Source: Veleropilina oligotropha (lineage: Eukaryota). From it: a stretch of DNA of 33,794 bases. A program made the position numbers and the translations under genes. The DNA lies in the NCBI GenBank assembly GCA_048128005.1, contig JBEUKZ010000015.1, positions 62,001 through 95,794 of the forward strand, given 5' to 3'. The notes under the pieces are model-generated. The model saw nothing but the letters and a program-made list of their open reading frames with translations, was not told the DNA's origin and ran no database searches. Positions within the stretch are counted from its first letter, which is position 1. Every line of letters begins with the position of its first letter. Below are positions 23,148 through 32,701 of this stretch, piece after piece.

Positions 23148-23682
23148 AACAAGAACGACGCGTTCGAAATATGTCTTAACCTTTCTTTATTTCCCTCAAA
23201 TTTTCATACCAGTTAATACAATGGCTAAGTGCAAGTAGTTCATGGCTTAATTTACTACCCCGTCGATTATGACGTCACCAAATGACGATTAATCTAAGGC
23301 GACGTCGTAATGACGTCATTGCCATTTGCTTGCAATATTAGACATCAGTTATATACAAATATGGATAAAAGTGCTCAATAAATGCATATTTTTGCAAAAT
23401 TGTGTCGCGAAAGTTATATACAAGACCTACAAAATACTCTTGGGAATGTGTGTACCAATTTTGGTGAAAATTGAGCGGGTAGTTTTCAAATAAATCGACG
23501 GATATATATATAAGTATATAAGTATATAAGTATATAAGTATATAAGTATATAAGTATATAAGTATATAAGTATATAAGTATATAAGTATATAAGTATATA
23601 AGTATATAAGTATATAAGTATATACACACGGACCATTTGATAATGTCTTGTCCTTTTTTACAAAAAGGTCAAGACATAAAAA
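23148..23682 (+). mobile_element. Complete Helentron-associated element (HINE/DINE-1-like)
   Basis: Starts AACAAG; subterminal IR tatgtcttaacc / ggtcaagacata; internal microsatellite; 3' hairpin tgtcttgtcctttt...aaaaggtcaagaca then TAAAAA; T-T insertion site; second copy at 25889. Confidence 0.8.
23513..23624. repeat. (AGTATATA)14 microsatellite inside the HINE
   Basis: 112 bp of perfect 8-mers. Confidence 0.95.
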
Positions 23683-24167
23683 TGTTATCAGTATTGTGTG
23701 GATTCTGTCACCTCGGAAATCTCTCGTGAGGTCGTAGTTTTTGCGGCGGCTTAATCGCTCGAACTTCGTTCTCGCGATTAATCCGCCGCAAAAACTACGA
23801 CGTCACTCGAGGTTTCCGAGGTGACAGAATCCACACAATACTGATAACATCATTGTAACAACGTCTTCTCCCAACGTCCACTCGACGTCTGCGCCGACAT
23901 TGGAATGACGTTGGAAATTGATTGGATTTGAAAGTTTTTAAAACGTCAGAAATCCACGCTTACTCAACACACATATGGAGGGGCTGGAAATTGATTAGAT
24001 TTGAAACTTTTGTAGAGATAAAAATTCCATGTCGTTTCAATGCCATCGTTGAACGTAGGTTTTCGCTGATACCGAATGGACGTCGATGTCTTGAGGGTGT
24101 CCATTTTCTATCTTTGAGACTAGAGGCAACAGTGTCTGCTGCATAAACATTTATGGCATCAGGTTTA

Positions 24168-24376
24168 GGAGGAGGAATTATGCTTAATGTCCTGTATATT
24201 TATAACATCGAGGTTCAAGGCAGGACATGTCCGTGTTATCGCGGGAGGAAACCCCGGTTGCCGGGTAAACCCGCCCTCTTCGGCCAGTCACGGACAACTG
24301 TGCTTCATAACTTGAACAAATGTGTGCTGCCTCAGCCGGGGGTCGATCCCACTACTGTTCGCGTCAGCGGAAACAC
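24168..24376 (-). mobile_element. 5'-truncated SINE with (TCC)n tail and 11-bp TSD
   Basis: Near-identical to the 11728 copy; TSD CATCAGGTTTA at 24157-24167 and 24377-24387. Confidence 0.92.
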
Positions 24377-24824
24377 CATCAGGTTTAAGTATGTTTTCAA
24401 ATAGATGTGTATAGTATAATCAAACACTGTTATCTTTGCAATGAGTGAATGACCATCTGATGATAGAGTGAACAATAGTGCGACTCGCAATTCATTCACA
24501 TGACTGGCCTGAATTACATGCATAGGTTAGAATCATTACTATTGACAACGTTATTCAGTTAGCAATCACAATTTTTCAGAACTAGTGGGTTTTCCTTGTT
24601 ACCGAACTTTCCTTAACAATGACAAAGAGTTGTTATTTTAGTCTCAGATTTGGATAACTTCCAGTAAAACTTAAGTCTCGAAATAAGGGCCTTAAGATGA
24701 ACACTAACCTCAGACAACATAATATATTTATACTTATGTTACAAGGGATGTTTTATGTCACTGCAACATACCTTAGTTGCATATGAAAGTAGTATGATGA
24801 TCGCATTTGATATCAACTAATACT

Positions 24825-25102
24825 TGCCGCTTCGACAGTACAGTGGTATCGCTTGTGGACTCCGAAAATCACTGACTTGATTCCTCTGACGCGAACAGTA
24901 GTGGGTTCAAACCTCGACAGGGGCAGCACACATTTGTACAAATTATGAATCATAGTTGTCCGTAACTGGTCAGAGAGGGCGGATTTACCCGGGAGACCCG
25001 GCTTTCCTCCCGCGATAATACGGACATGTCCTGCTTTTAACCAAATGATGGTTGGAAATATGCATGACATTAAGCATCGATCATTTCCTTTCCATTCCTT
25101 AC
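24825..25102 (+). mobile_element. Full-length, more diverged SINE with 11-bp TSD
   Basis: TSD CAACTAATACT at 24814-24824 and 25103-25113; (TTTCC)-like tail. Confidence 0.9.
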
Positions 25103-25888
25103 CAACTAATACTAGTTTATCAGCATGTTACAGTATCCGGTTCATATACTAATACCGAATAGAAAATTCGTATTGAAAAGTCCAGACATTGTGCATAGCC
25201 GCAATCACGATGAACCGTAATGTTTTCTTTTATTAATAACTCCAGTTCGGGATTTACGGTGAACACAATGTTTCGTAAAGATTAAAATTACAACGCGGTT
25301 ATGTAAGGTTGGCACAAATGTTAACCTTGATTTAATCTAGAACGGACAGCATGGTGGTCAGCGTCATTTATGGAGGTGGTGTTCACCTAAAACTCACAAC
25401 ACGGTTGTGTAAGGTAGACATAACACACCTTGATTTTGATATAGAGCAGTCAGCTGGGCGGTCACAGACACTTATGGAGATAGTGATCACATAACAATTC
25501 ACATATCAGATCGTTCATTATAAAGTGTACATAAACACATGCATGACTAAATGAAATGAACCATGCAATTGCAAAATATATCAATTATTTATTGAACAAA
25601 TATTTAAAAAGAAACAAACACTACAGAAATACGATATACCATTTCGAGTAGCACGGTTCCAATTCAATCCAGCTCGAAGGCGATCCTTTATGATTTCTAG
25701 TATCCCCGTTTGGCATTTCTAAAATAAAAATAAATTAAATTTGTATCAGAACTGGAAATGTACTTGCGCACATCGACGCCGTAGGACAACAATTTTGTAA
25801 CTGGGATATGAACGACTTATTACAATTTGGCAATCTAAATATCATGTAGATTACATATATAAATTTTGATAGAAGCACATTTAAATAT

Positions 25889-26066
25889 AACAAGAACGAC
25901 GCGTTCGGAATATGTCTTGACTTTTCTTTATTTCCGTCAAATTTTCAGAACAGTTATAACGTTACAATGGTCAAGTTTACTACAAGACTTTACCACCCCG
26001 TCGATTGTGACGTCACTCAATGACGATTAATCTATTATATTAATCTAATATAACTTACGTTATATA
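25889..26066 (+). mobile_element. HINE copy 2, 5' part (split by the Gypsy insertion)
   Basis: aacaagaacgacgcgttcg...ccccgtcgatt...gacgtcac matches the element at 23148. Confidence 0.85.
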
Positions 26067-26719
26067 TGTGGCGGGGTTGAAATAATAACGTCGGTATAGA
26101 CGAACGTCTTTATTAATCTGGAAATATATCTTCAATATTAGCAATATTAATGTATCCCAATGGTCACTTTGCGAGCAACTGTATTACAGATTATATGTGT
26201 GCAACAATTTAGTTAATTATGCAACAATAATATTCATGTATGTAGTTACATCCGTTTTCACAAATTATATAAATATGTATACAATACAGTAATGCAATAT
26301 ACAAGTTAATTTGACAGCAGTAATAGCACAAGGAGTATATTCATGAGCAATAATTATAACATCATAAAATATAGGAAAGAACACATACCTGGAAATATAT
26401 CTTCAATATTAGCAATATTGATGTATCCCAATGGTCACTTTGCGAGCAACTGGTATTACAGTGAAACTTGCAGGCTTTTATGTGTACTTGAACAATGGTG
26501 AACACTGCTCACTATGACAGGCAAGGATTTCGGATTTATTGCTACAAGCGGTTAAAGGAGAGATTGGAGCTTCGCACCTATCGGAAATGTGCGATGCTTC
26601 GCACTAGGCGAAGAGGTGTGACGCTTCACACTTAGCGAACTACAATAATTATTGTAAAGATACACATTATCAATCTTACAGAACAAAATAATATATACAA
26701 ATAAAATATCCCCATTACA
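26067..26719 (-). repeat. 3' LTR (653 bp)
   Basis: TGTAATGGGG...CCCCGCCACA on the minus strand; about six substitutions versus the other LTR by eye. Confidence 0.97.
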
Positions 26720-26721
26720 TA

Positions 26722-26734
26722 CTTCCCCCCTCTC
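26722..26734 (-). other. Polypurine tract
   Basis: GAGAGGGGGGAAG, 2 nt before the 3' LTR. Confidence 0.9.
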
Positions 26735-26908
26735 GAAATGACGTCCTCGGCATTTAAAAGTAAACAATATCAATCACCTTACATCAATCTAGTCCAAATG
26801 AAATATATACTAAATATATGTTAATGTCAGCTATACATATTTACAAGCAATAGATGAACAGTACAGTAAATTCGTCTAAGCCAAGACAAAGAATCGATAT
26901 ACTAATTA

Positions 26909-29900
26909 CTATCTGGTCCATTCACCAGAAGTAAGCCACGCAGGTTTCCTTGTAGCACGTGATGAGCGTCTAAGGGGAACTGGAGGTGGTGGCGTGTCTG
27001 GCCGATCTACCGGTTCGTTGGTAATTGTATCGTCGGGTCTGGATGTTGATGGATCATCGATAGGAATGGCAAATGGTATATGGCTGCATAAGTATTCTAG
27101 TTCAGATTCATCGTCGCTGGATGATGAAGAATTGGTTGTTTCTCCGTCGCTGGATGATGAAGAACTTTGAGTTTCAACTGGTTGTGCGATTGATACTTTC
27201 CTCTTCCTTGGTATCGGTCTGATGCTGGAGCCAATTGGAAGTAAAAGGTTTCTGTGCAAGGTCCTCTTCTTCCCACCGCATTCCTTCCTCACAGTAAATA
27301 CTGGAATAGCCTTGTCTGGTTGGTCAATTATAACGTACGGATCTTCTTCCCATCTGTCAGCAAGTTTTTCCTTCCCACGGATGCAAACATTACGCACCAG
27401 GACCAGCTCTCCCACCTCGGGATCGCTTCCTCTTGCTTTCATGTTGTATCCTTTGCGCTGCCTCTGCTGAGCTTTGGTGATGTTCTTCTGCGCCAGGTCG
27501 TATGCCGTCTCTAACTTCGACTTCAGATCGGTGGCAAACTTGGTGTACGATGCGGAAGCAACATTTCGAGGATTGCAGCCCATGGCAACATCAATGGGTA
27601 ACCGTGGATGTCGTCCGAACATCAAGTAGTACGGGGTATGCTGGGTAGATTCATGCTTTGTGCAGTTATATGCATGAACAAGATGTGACAGATGATCTTT
27701 CCACCTGAGCTTCTTGGATTCCGTGAGGGTTCCAAGCATTTGAAGAAGAGTTCTGTTGAATCGCTCACATAAGCCATTACCCATTGGATGGTATGGTGTT
27801 GTTCGTGACTTCTTTATTCCTAGGACTGTGCACAATTCCTTAATCGTCTTGCTCTCAAAATTTCTTCCTTGGTCGGAGTGGATTCTTGCTGGTATCCCAT
27901 AATGAGTGACAAAATGATCGAAGATCGCTTTAGCAGTTGTCTTAGCAGTTTGATTCCGTGTCGGAATGGCAATCGCGTATTTGGTAAAATGATCTGTCAT
28001 AACCAAGATGTTTTCATAACCGCCGACGGATCTTTCAAGGCCGAGGTAATCCATACATAACAGCTCTAAGGGTTGCGTTGTTTCAATGGATACCAAAGTC
28101 GATCGATGTGGAAGAGATGGAGACTTTCTTCTTATGCAACGTGGACAAGTTTTGACCTTATTCTCAACCGCCGTCGTCATTCCAGGCCAGTAAAACCGAG
28201 TGCGAAGAAGCTGTATGGTTCTTTCTCGTCCGAGGTGTCCCATATCATCGTGCAGAGATGTGATAATCTGTTCCCGGCATTCTACAGGTACAAGGTACTG
28301 GTAAACATCTGAATCTTCTATTCTTTGGTGGCGGCACAAAATGTCATCTTTTATTATCAAATTGTCCCAATGTTTGATAATTAAGCTGCTTTCTTTGTCC
28401 ATACTTCTTAACTCCCTCTTGCTTGATCTTCTTCCCCTTGTCATCCAGTTCAATACAGAACTAATCGCTGGATCCATTTCCTGAAGATATTGCATCTGGC
28501 TCTTTTCGTTGAAGGGCGTGCCATCAAACAGCGACTCGGTAGGTGTGATTTGCGGAATAGTCTGTTCTGTCATGCATAGAGTTTCAATGACAGGGATGTC
28601 AAGTATGGATACATCACACACAGCAGCAGCAACTTCTTCTTCAATTACGTCCCTAGGCAGTCTCGATAGACCGTCTGCATCCATATTCTTGCTTCCAGCG
28701 ATGTACTCTATCTTGAAATCGTAACCGGAAATATCAGCCAGCCAACGATGTCTTGCGGCATCCAGCTTCGCCGTAGAAAGAACGTAGGTAAGTGGATTGT
28801 TATCTGTTTTTACGATGAACTTATTACCATAAAGATAATCATGAAACTTCTTAGTGACGGACCAATGGAGGGCTAGGAATTCCAACTTATGAATAGGATA
28901 ATTTCTTTCTGACTTTGTCAATCCGCGGCTAGCATAGGAAATGACTCGTTTCTTTCCATCTTGTCGTTGATAAAGTACTGCTCCTAGTCCTTTCAGACTT
29001 GCATCAGTATGCAGCTCAAACGGCATTGTGAAGTCCGCATATCCCAAAATTGGGGCTGTTGTAAAATGGTTGATTAAACTGTCAAATGCATCCTGTTGAG
29101 CTTTTCCCCAAAACCAACCAGCTTCTGTCTGCGATCTTCTCTTCTTTGATTTCTTTCCACCATGTCCAACGAGTAGATCATTTAAAGGTTTGGCAATGGT
29201 AGAATAGTCTTGAATGAATCTTCGGTAATACCCAGAAAATCCCAAGAATCGACGCAATTCATCTATATTTGACGGAACAGGCCATGTTTTCAGAGCATCA
29301 ATCTTTTCCGGGTCAGTTCGTATACCTTCTTTGGAAATGATGTGTCCTAGATACTTGACCGATTCCTTCATAAATTGACATTTTGATGGATGAAGTTTGA
29401 GACCATGTTGTTTAAGTCGTTGAAATATGGCTTCCAGTCTTTCTATGTGTTCTTCAAAAGTTGATGAAAAGACGATAATGTCGTCAAGATAAATGAGACA
29501 TTGCTGCAAATGTAGATCTCCCATACATCTTTCCATAAGTCGTTGAAAAGTGGCAGGAGCATTAGTTAGACCAAACGGCATGGAATTAAATTCGTAAAAT
29601 CCCATGGGCCCAACAGTAAATGCTGTTCGTTCTTTGTGTTCTTCCAATACACCAACTTGATAATATCCGCTCTTCAGATCTAAACAGGAGAAGAATCTTG
29701 CTCCATGAAGAGCATCCAATGTTTCTTCGATCCTAGGTATTGCATATGAATCTCGTATCGTCTGTGAATTCAGTTGTCTATAATCAACGCAAAATCGAAG
29801 TGATTTATCACGTTTTCTTACCAAAACGACGGGAGACGCAAAAGGACTTGATGAGTGTCGGATGACGCCTGCATCCAGCATATCCTTGATATGTGTCCGG

Positions 29901-30973
29901 ACTTCTTCATACATTGCAGGTGGAATTCTACGATGACGCTGGCGAATTGGGGTGTCATCCTTTAAGTCGATTCTGTGAGTAACCAATGATGTGTGTCCAA
30001 TATCAATGTCTGATTTGCTGAAGATGTCTGAATACTTGGTAAGTAGTTTCTTCATTTGGTGGTTTTGTCTCGGAGTAAGTTCTATTTCAGGATCAGGAAA
30101 CGTTGCAGCAGTATCATCTTGTTGGTAGTTCATTTCTCCCAATAGCGCTTCTTTGTCGACAATCTCTACTTGCTGAAGAGAACATATTGTCGTTAAAGGA
30201 GGGATGGTAATTTCGCGCGATGATGGGTTGCACACCATTACTTGTACTGTTGAGGTAGACTCGTGTAGGATTCCGGGTACAAGTCGTAGAGATCCTGGAA
30301 GTGGGGTGTCAGAAAACGCCAATAGTTTATTACCTGGTGATGATACGTCTCTCTCAGAAATCCCTTTAACTTGGATCGTAGCGTTTGCAGGTACAGTTAT
30401 CTTCTCTGATGCGATAACTGAAACGCTAGTATCTGCCCTGCGATCTGCAGCATCCATTGCATGGTACGCTAGTAACCATGGAGATGATATTGGATAGTTT
30501 CGTCTTCCGGCATTCGCAGTTGCCTCTTCTTTACACCCTCGGAGAACGTTGGTTCCAATCAGTAGTGGTACGTCATGGTGATATTTAGTGGTTGGTACAA
30601 CAAGTACTAATGCAGGCAACAGGGTGTCATTGCCACACACTTCGTTAGGAAGATGTATGTCGACTTCGACGTATCCAATATAGGGCAGTTCGGTTCCACC
30701 AGCTCCTTTAATCTGCAGTAATCCATGTATGCTGTTCATCGGAACATGACTTAGATATCTATTATAAAATTCTTCGGACATAGTCGTAACCATTGAGCCG
30801 GTATCAATAAGAACATAACATTCAATTCCTCCAATACTGACCTTTCCTACGTTGGACTCTCCCACTAAGTTATTGAAGACCGTCGTATTAGATTTGGAGC
30901 TCTCCATCGCACCTACCACTTGCTCCCTGGTAGAGGTGCTTGTTCGTTTAAACGTCGTCGCGGGTTTTGACAT
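26909..30973 (-). CDS. pol: Gypsy Pol polyprotein (protease, RT, RNase H, integrase), intact; probably expressed as Gag-Pol by -1 frameshift
   Basis: LIDTGS, MPFGLTNAPATFQ, YLDD, TDAS...KTDNNPL, HDDMGH...CPRC, HSDQGRNFE...ERFNRTL; 1354 aa uninterrupted. Confidence 0.97.
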   Translation of the reverse strand: MSKPATTFKRTSTSTREQVVGAMESSKSNTTVFNNLVGESNVGKVSIGGIECYVLIDTGSMVTTMSEEFYNRYLSHVPMNSIHGLLQIKGAGGTELPYIGYVEVDIHLPNEVCGNDTLLPALVLVVPTTKYHHDVPLLIGTNVLRGCKEEATANAGRRNYPISSPWLLAYHAMDAADRRADTSVSVIASEKITVPANATIQVKGISERDVSSPGNKLLAFSDTPLPGSLRLVPGILHESTSTVQVMVCNPSSREITIPPLTTICSLQQVEIVDKEALLGEMNYQQDDTAATFPDPEIELTPRQNHQMKKLLTKYSDIFSKSDIDIGHTSLVTHRIDLKDDTPIRQRHRRIPPAMYEEVRTHIKDMLDAGVIRHSSSPFASPVVLVRKRDKSLRFCVDYRQLNSQTIRDSYAIPRIEETLDALHGARFFSCLDLKSGYYQVGVLEEHKERTAFTVGPMGFYEFNSMPFGLTNAPATFQRLMERCMGDLHLQQCLIYLDDIIVFSSTFEEHIERLEAIFQRLKQHGLKLHPSKCQFMKESVKYLGHIISKEGIRTDPEKIDALKTWPVPSNIDELRRFLGFSGYYRRFIQDYSTIAKPLNDLLVGHGGKKSKKRRSQTEAGWFWGKAQQDAFDSLINHFTTAPILGYADFTMPFELHTDASLKGLGAVLYQRQDGKKRVISYASRGLTKSERNYPIHKLEFLALHWSVTKKFHDYLYGNKFIVKTDNNPLTYVLSTAKLDAARHRWLADISGYDFKIEYIAGSKNMDADGLSRLPRDVIEEEVAAAVCDVSILDIPVIETLCMTEQTIPQITPTESLFDGTPFNEKSQMQYLQEMDPAISSVLNWMTRGRRSSKRELRSMDKESSLIIKHWDNLIIKDDILCRHQRIEDSDVYQYLVPVECREQIITSLHDDMGHLGRERTIQLLRTRFYWPGMTTAVENKVKTCPRCIRRKSPSLPHRSTLVSIETTQPLELLCMDYLGLERSVGGYENILVMTDHFTKYAIAIPTRNQTAKTTAKAIFDHFVTHYGIPARIHSDQGRNFESKTIKELCTVLGIKKSRTTPYHPMGNGLCERFNRTLLQMLGTLTESKKLRWKDHLSHLVHAYNCTKHESTQHTPYYLMFGRHPRLPIDVAMGCNPRNVASASYTKFATDLKSKLETAYDLAQKNITKAQQRQRKGYNMKARGSDPEVGELVLVRNVCIRGKEKLADRWEEDPYVIIDQPDKAIPVFTVRKECGGKKRTLHRNLLLPIGSSIRPIPRKRKVSIAQPVETQSSSSSSDGETTNSSSSSDDESELEYLCSHIPFAIPIDDPSTSRPDDTITNEPVDRPDTPPPPVPLRRSSRATRKPAWLTSGEWTR
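30896..30952 (-). promoter_or_regulatory. Programmed -1 ribosomal frameshift signal (slippery heptamer plus pseudoknot)
   Basis: U UUA AAC in the gag frame (30952-30946), 6-nt spacer, stem GCAC(CU)CUACCA/UGGUAG-GUGC whose loop GGAGC can pair with downstream GCUCC. pol is in the -1 frame. Confidence 0.85.
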
Positions 30974-31971
30974 CCTCTATGGCCACGTCGTGATCCAGTC
31001 TCGCCACAGTCATAGCACTGGATGGTACGTTGTCTGGGTGGCGATCTTTTAGTAGACTCAGTTGATGACTTTACTTCCTGTTCAACTGCTGACAACCGTG
31101 ATTCCATGTTCTTCATGATTTTGGTCAGATCATTGAGTTTGTTTAGCACTTCTTCCATTTTTGTCGAGCTATCTTTGATTTGAGCCTGGATAGTTACTTT
31201 GTTTCCTGACTTCTGAGACTTTATTTCTTCCTCTGCTTGTCTGACAAAGACTAAAAGATCATTGTAGTTCACTGCAGAGTCAAACCGATGTCGAGTTGCA
31301 ACTTTTATTGCCTCTTGTGCTAGGCCAGTCCAGAACTTGTTTCGAAGCATATCTTTACTTGTTGTTTGTGAAATTATGCCTTTTTCTTTTACCTTGGCTA
31401 TTAGATCAGAGAGGCGACAGCTCCACATGGCAACCGATTCAGTTGGCTGTTGTTTCACTGCATAAAACTGTTACAGCAATGCTTCCGCAGGCAAGACATC
31501 TCCGAAGACGATTTCAAACTGCTCCACAGCATCATTGATTGTCGTTGTTGTCGGTAGTTGTAACAGAATGTCGGCGGCGATACCTTTCGATGACTTTCTG
31601 ATTGCATTGAGTAAGCACAATTCAGAATAACATGATTCTGCCTGCAGACCGATAATTTCTCTTTTCCATTGGGCATAGGACACTTCGCCTTTGGCACCTG
31701 AACCTGAGAAAAATGACACTTTCTGGGGCATAAAGGGATGAAAATTATGGAATGAAGGGGTTTTGTCAAATATAACATCATGTGTTTTAACTCTCTCCTT
31801 AGAATCTACAGGTTTGGGTAAGGTGTCACTAGTACCGGTAAGTTGTGATAAGATTTTTGACTGGAAACTTACACTTAATGTTTTAAGTAAAGAAACATAT
31901 TCATTTAATGCACTATCACTCTCGTCATTATCATTAGATATTGGGACATCAGACGTAGCCATTATGTACAA
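30913..31971 (-). pseudogene. gag: Gypsy Gag (PNMA-like capsid) with one in-frame TAA at 31471-31473
   Basis: ORFs 31471-31971 and 30913-31458 share a frame (AEALL*QFYAVKQQPTES); FSG...YAQW, LRNKFWTGL and a C-terminal Cys/His motif. Confidence 0.92.
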
Positions 31972-32681
31972 TAATTATATTACAAAATAAAATATGTTTC
32001 AATTCGACGAAACGATGACTGTACGTAGTATTAATAAATCAATAAATAAAATATTTCCAATTACGCTACTAAGTCACCTGCATCATATAATACAATGTGT
32101 TAAACATATGCATATGCATGGATATAATACAAAATATTGTTGATTCGGGATTTGTCTCTAAACTTCAACGTACTTATGCATAATCATAATAGTTCGCATA
32201 CACCATAAAATCTGCTTGGTAAATATGATGCAATGTCTCTTCGTGTAAGGAAAGTCGAGAGTATGTCGTTCAGCATATAGTTCGGTTGCATTATGAAATA
32301 GCTTTGGGTGTAATGTCTTTTCGCGGAAGAAAAATAGTGGATGTATCGTTCATGAATTAGACAGTTCGGCGGGTTTACAATAACTTTGAATGGAATGTTT
32401 CTTCGCGTGAGGAAAATAACAGATTTATTTCACACCAGACAGTTCGACTGGATAATAAAAAATTTCACTTCCCTGATAGTGCACTCCGCAATTGTTCACT
32501 CGATCACAGCAATGTTCGCAGGTCGTGCGATATGTTCCTTGCTTCTAACGTTCCGTGTTGGATTGCGTATTCTGGATCGATTACGAACGCCTCTCGCTGA
32601 AATCCCACACGTCAATCGTCGATGTGGTGGCCACTCGGAAATCCAGGTCCAGGATCATCTGCGCTAGTGGACTATCACGGG

Positions 32682-32698
32682 TCCTCTTGTGGGCTCCA
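32682..32698 (-). other. Primer-binding site
   Basis: TGGAGCCCACAAGAGGA begins 3 nt after the 5' LTR; TGG is complementary to a tRNA CCA end. Confidence 0.8.
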
Positions 32699-32701
32699 TT
32701 T

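Larger units (their letters stand above)
20497..23850 (+). mobile_element. Second Crypton-like element, interrupted by a mariner and HINEs; terminal palindrome 23682-23850
   Basis: 12-bp IR tattatatgcca (20497) / tggcatataata (22259), YR coding remnant, and a 169-bp palindrome downstream. Linking the palindrome to this body is inferred from the 14290 element's layout. Confidence 0.55.
20323..24097. mobile_element. Possible EnSpm/CACTA-like element (outer pieces about 20323-20495 and 23851-24097) hosting nested insertions
   Basis: Begins CCCAATGGGCA where the duplication homology stops. Both pieces are rich in (A)ACGT(T/C) motifs and share tttgaaagtttt-aaaacgt and ttgtaacaacgt. Terminal match is weak. 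Confidence 0.4.

Noticed and set aside
23427..23636. Hydrophobic repeat protein (YILIYLYT)n
   Set aside because: Translation of the 8-bp microsatellite.
26552..26773. env-like or accessory ORF after pol (also 33187-33435)
   Set aside because: Short, lies mostly within the LTR, and only about 190 bp separate pol from the LTR.
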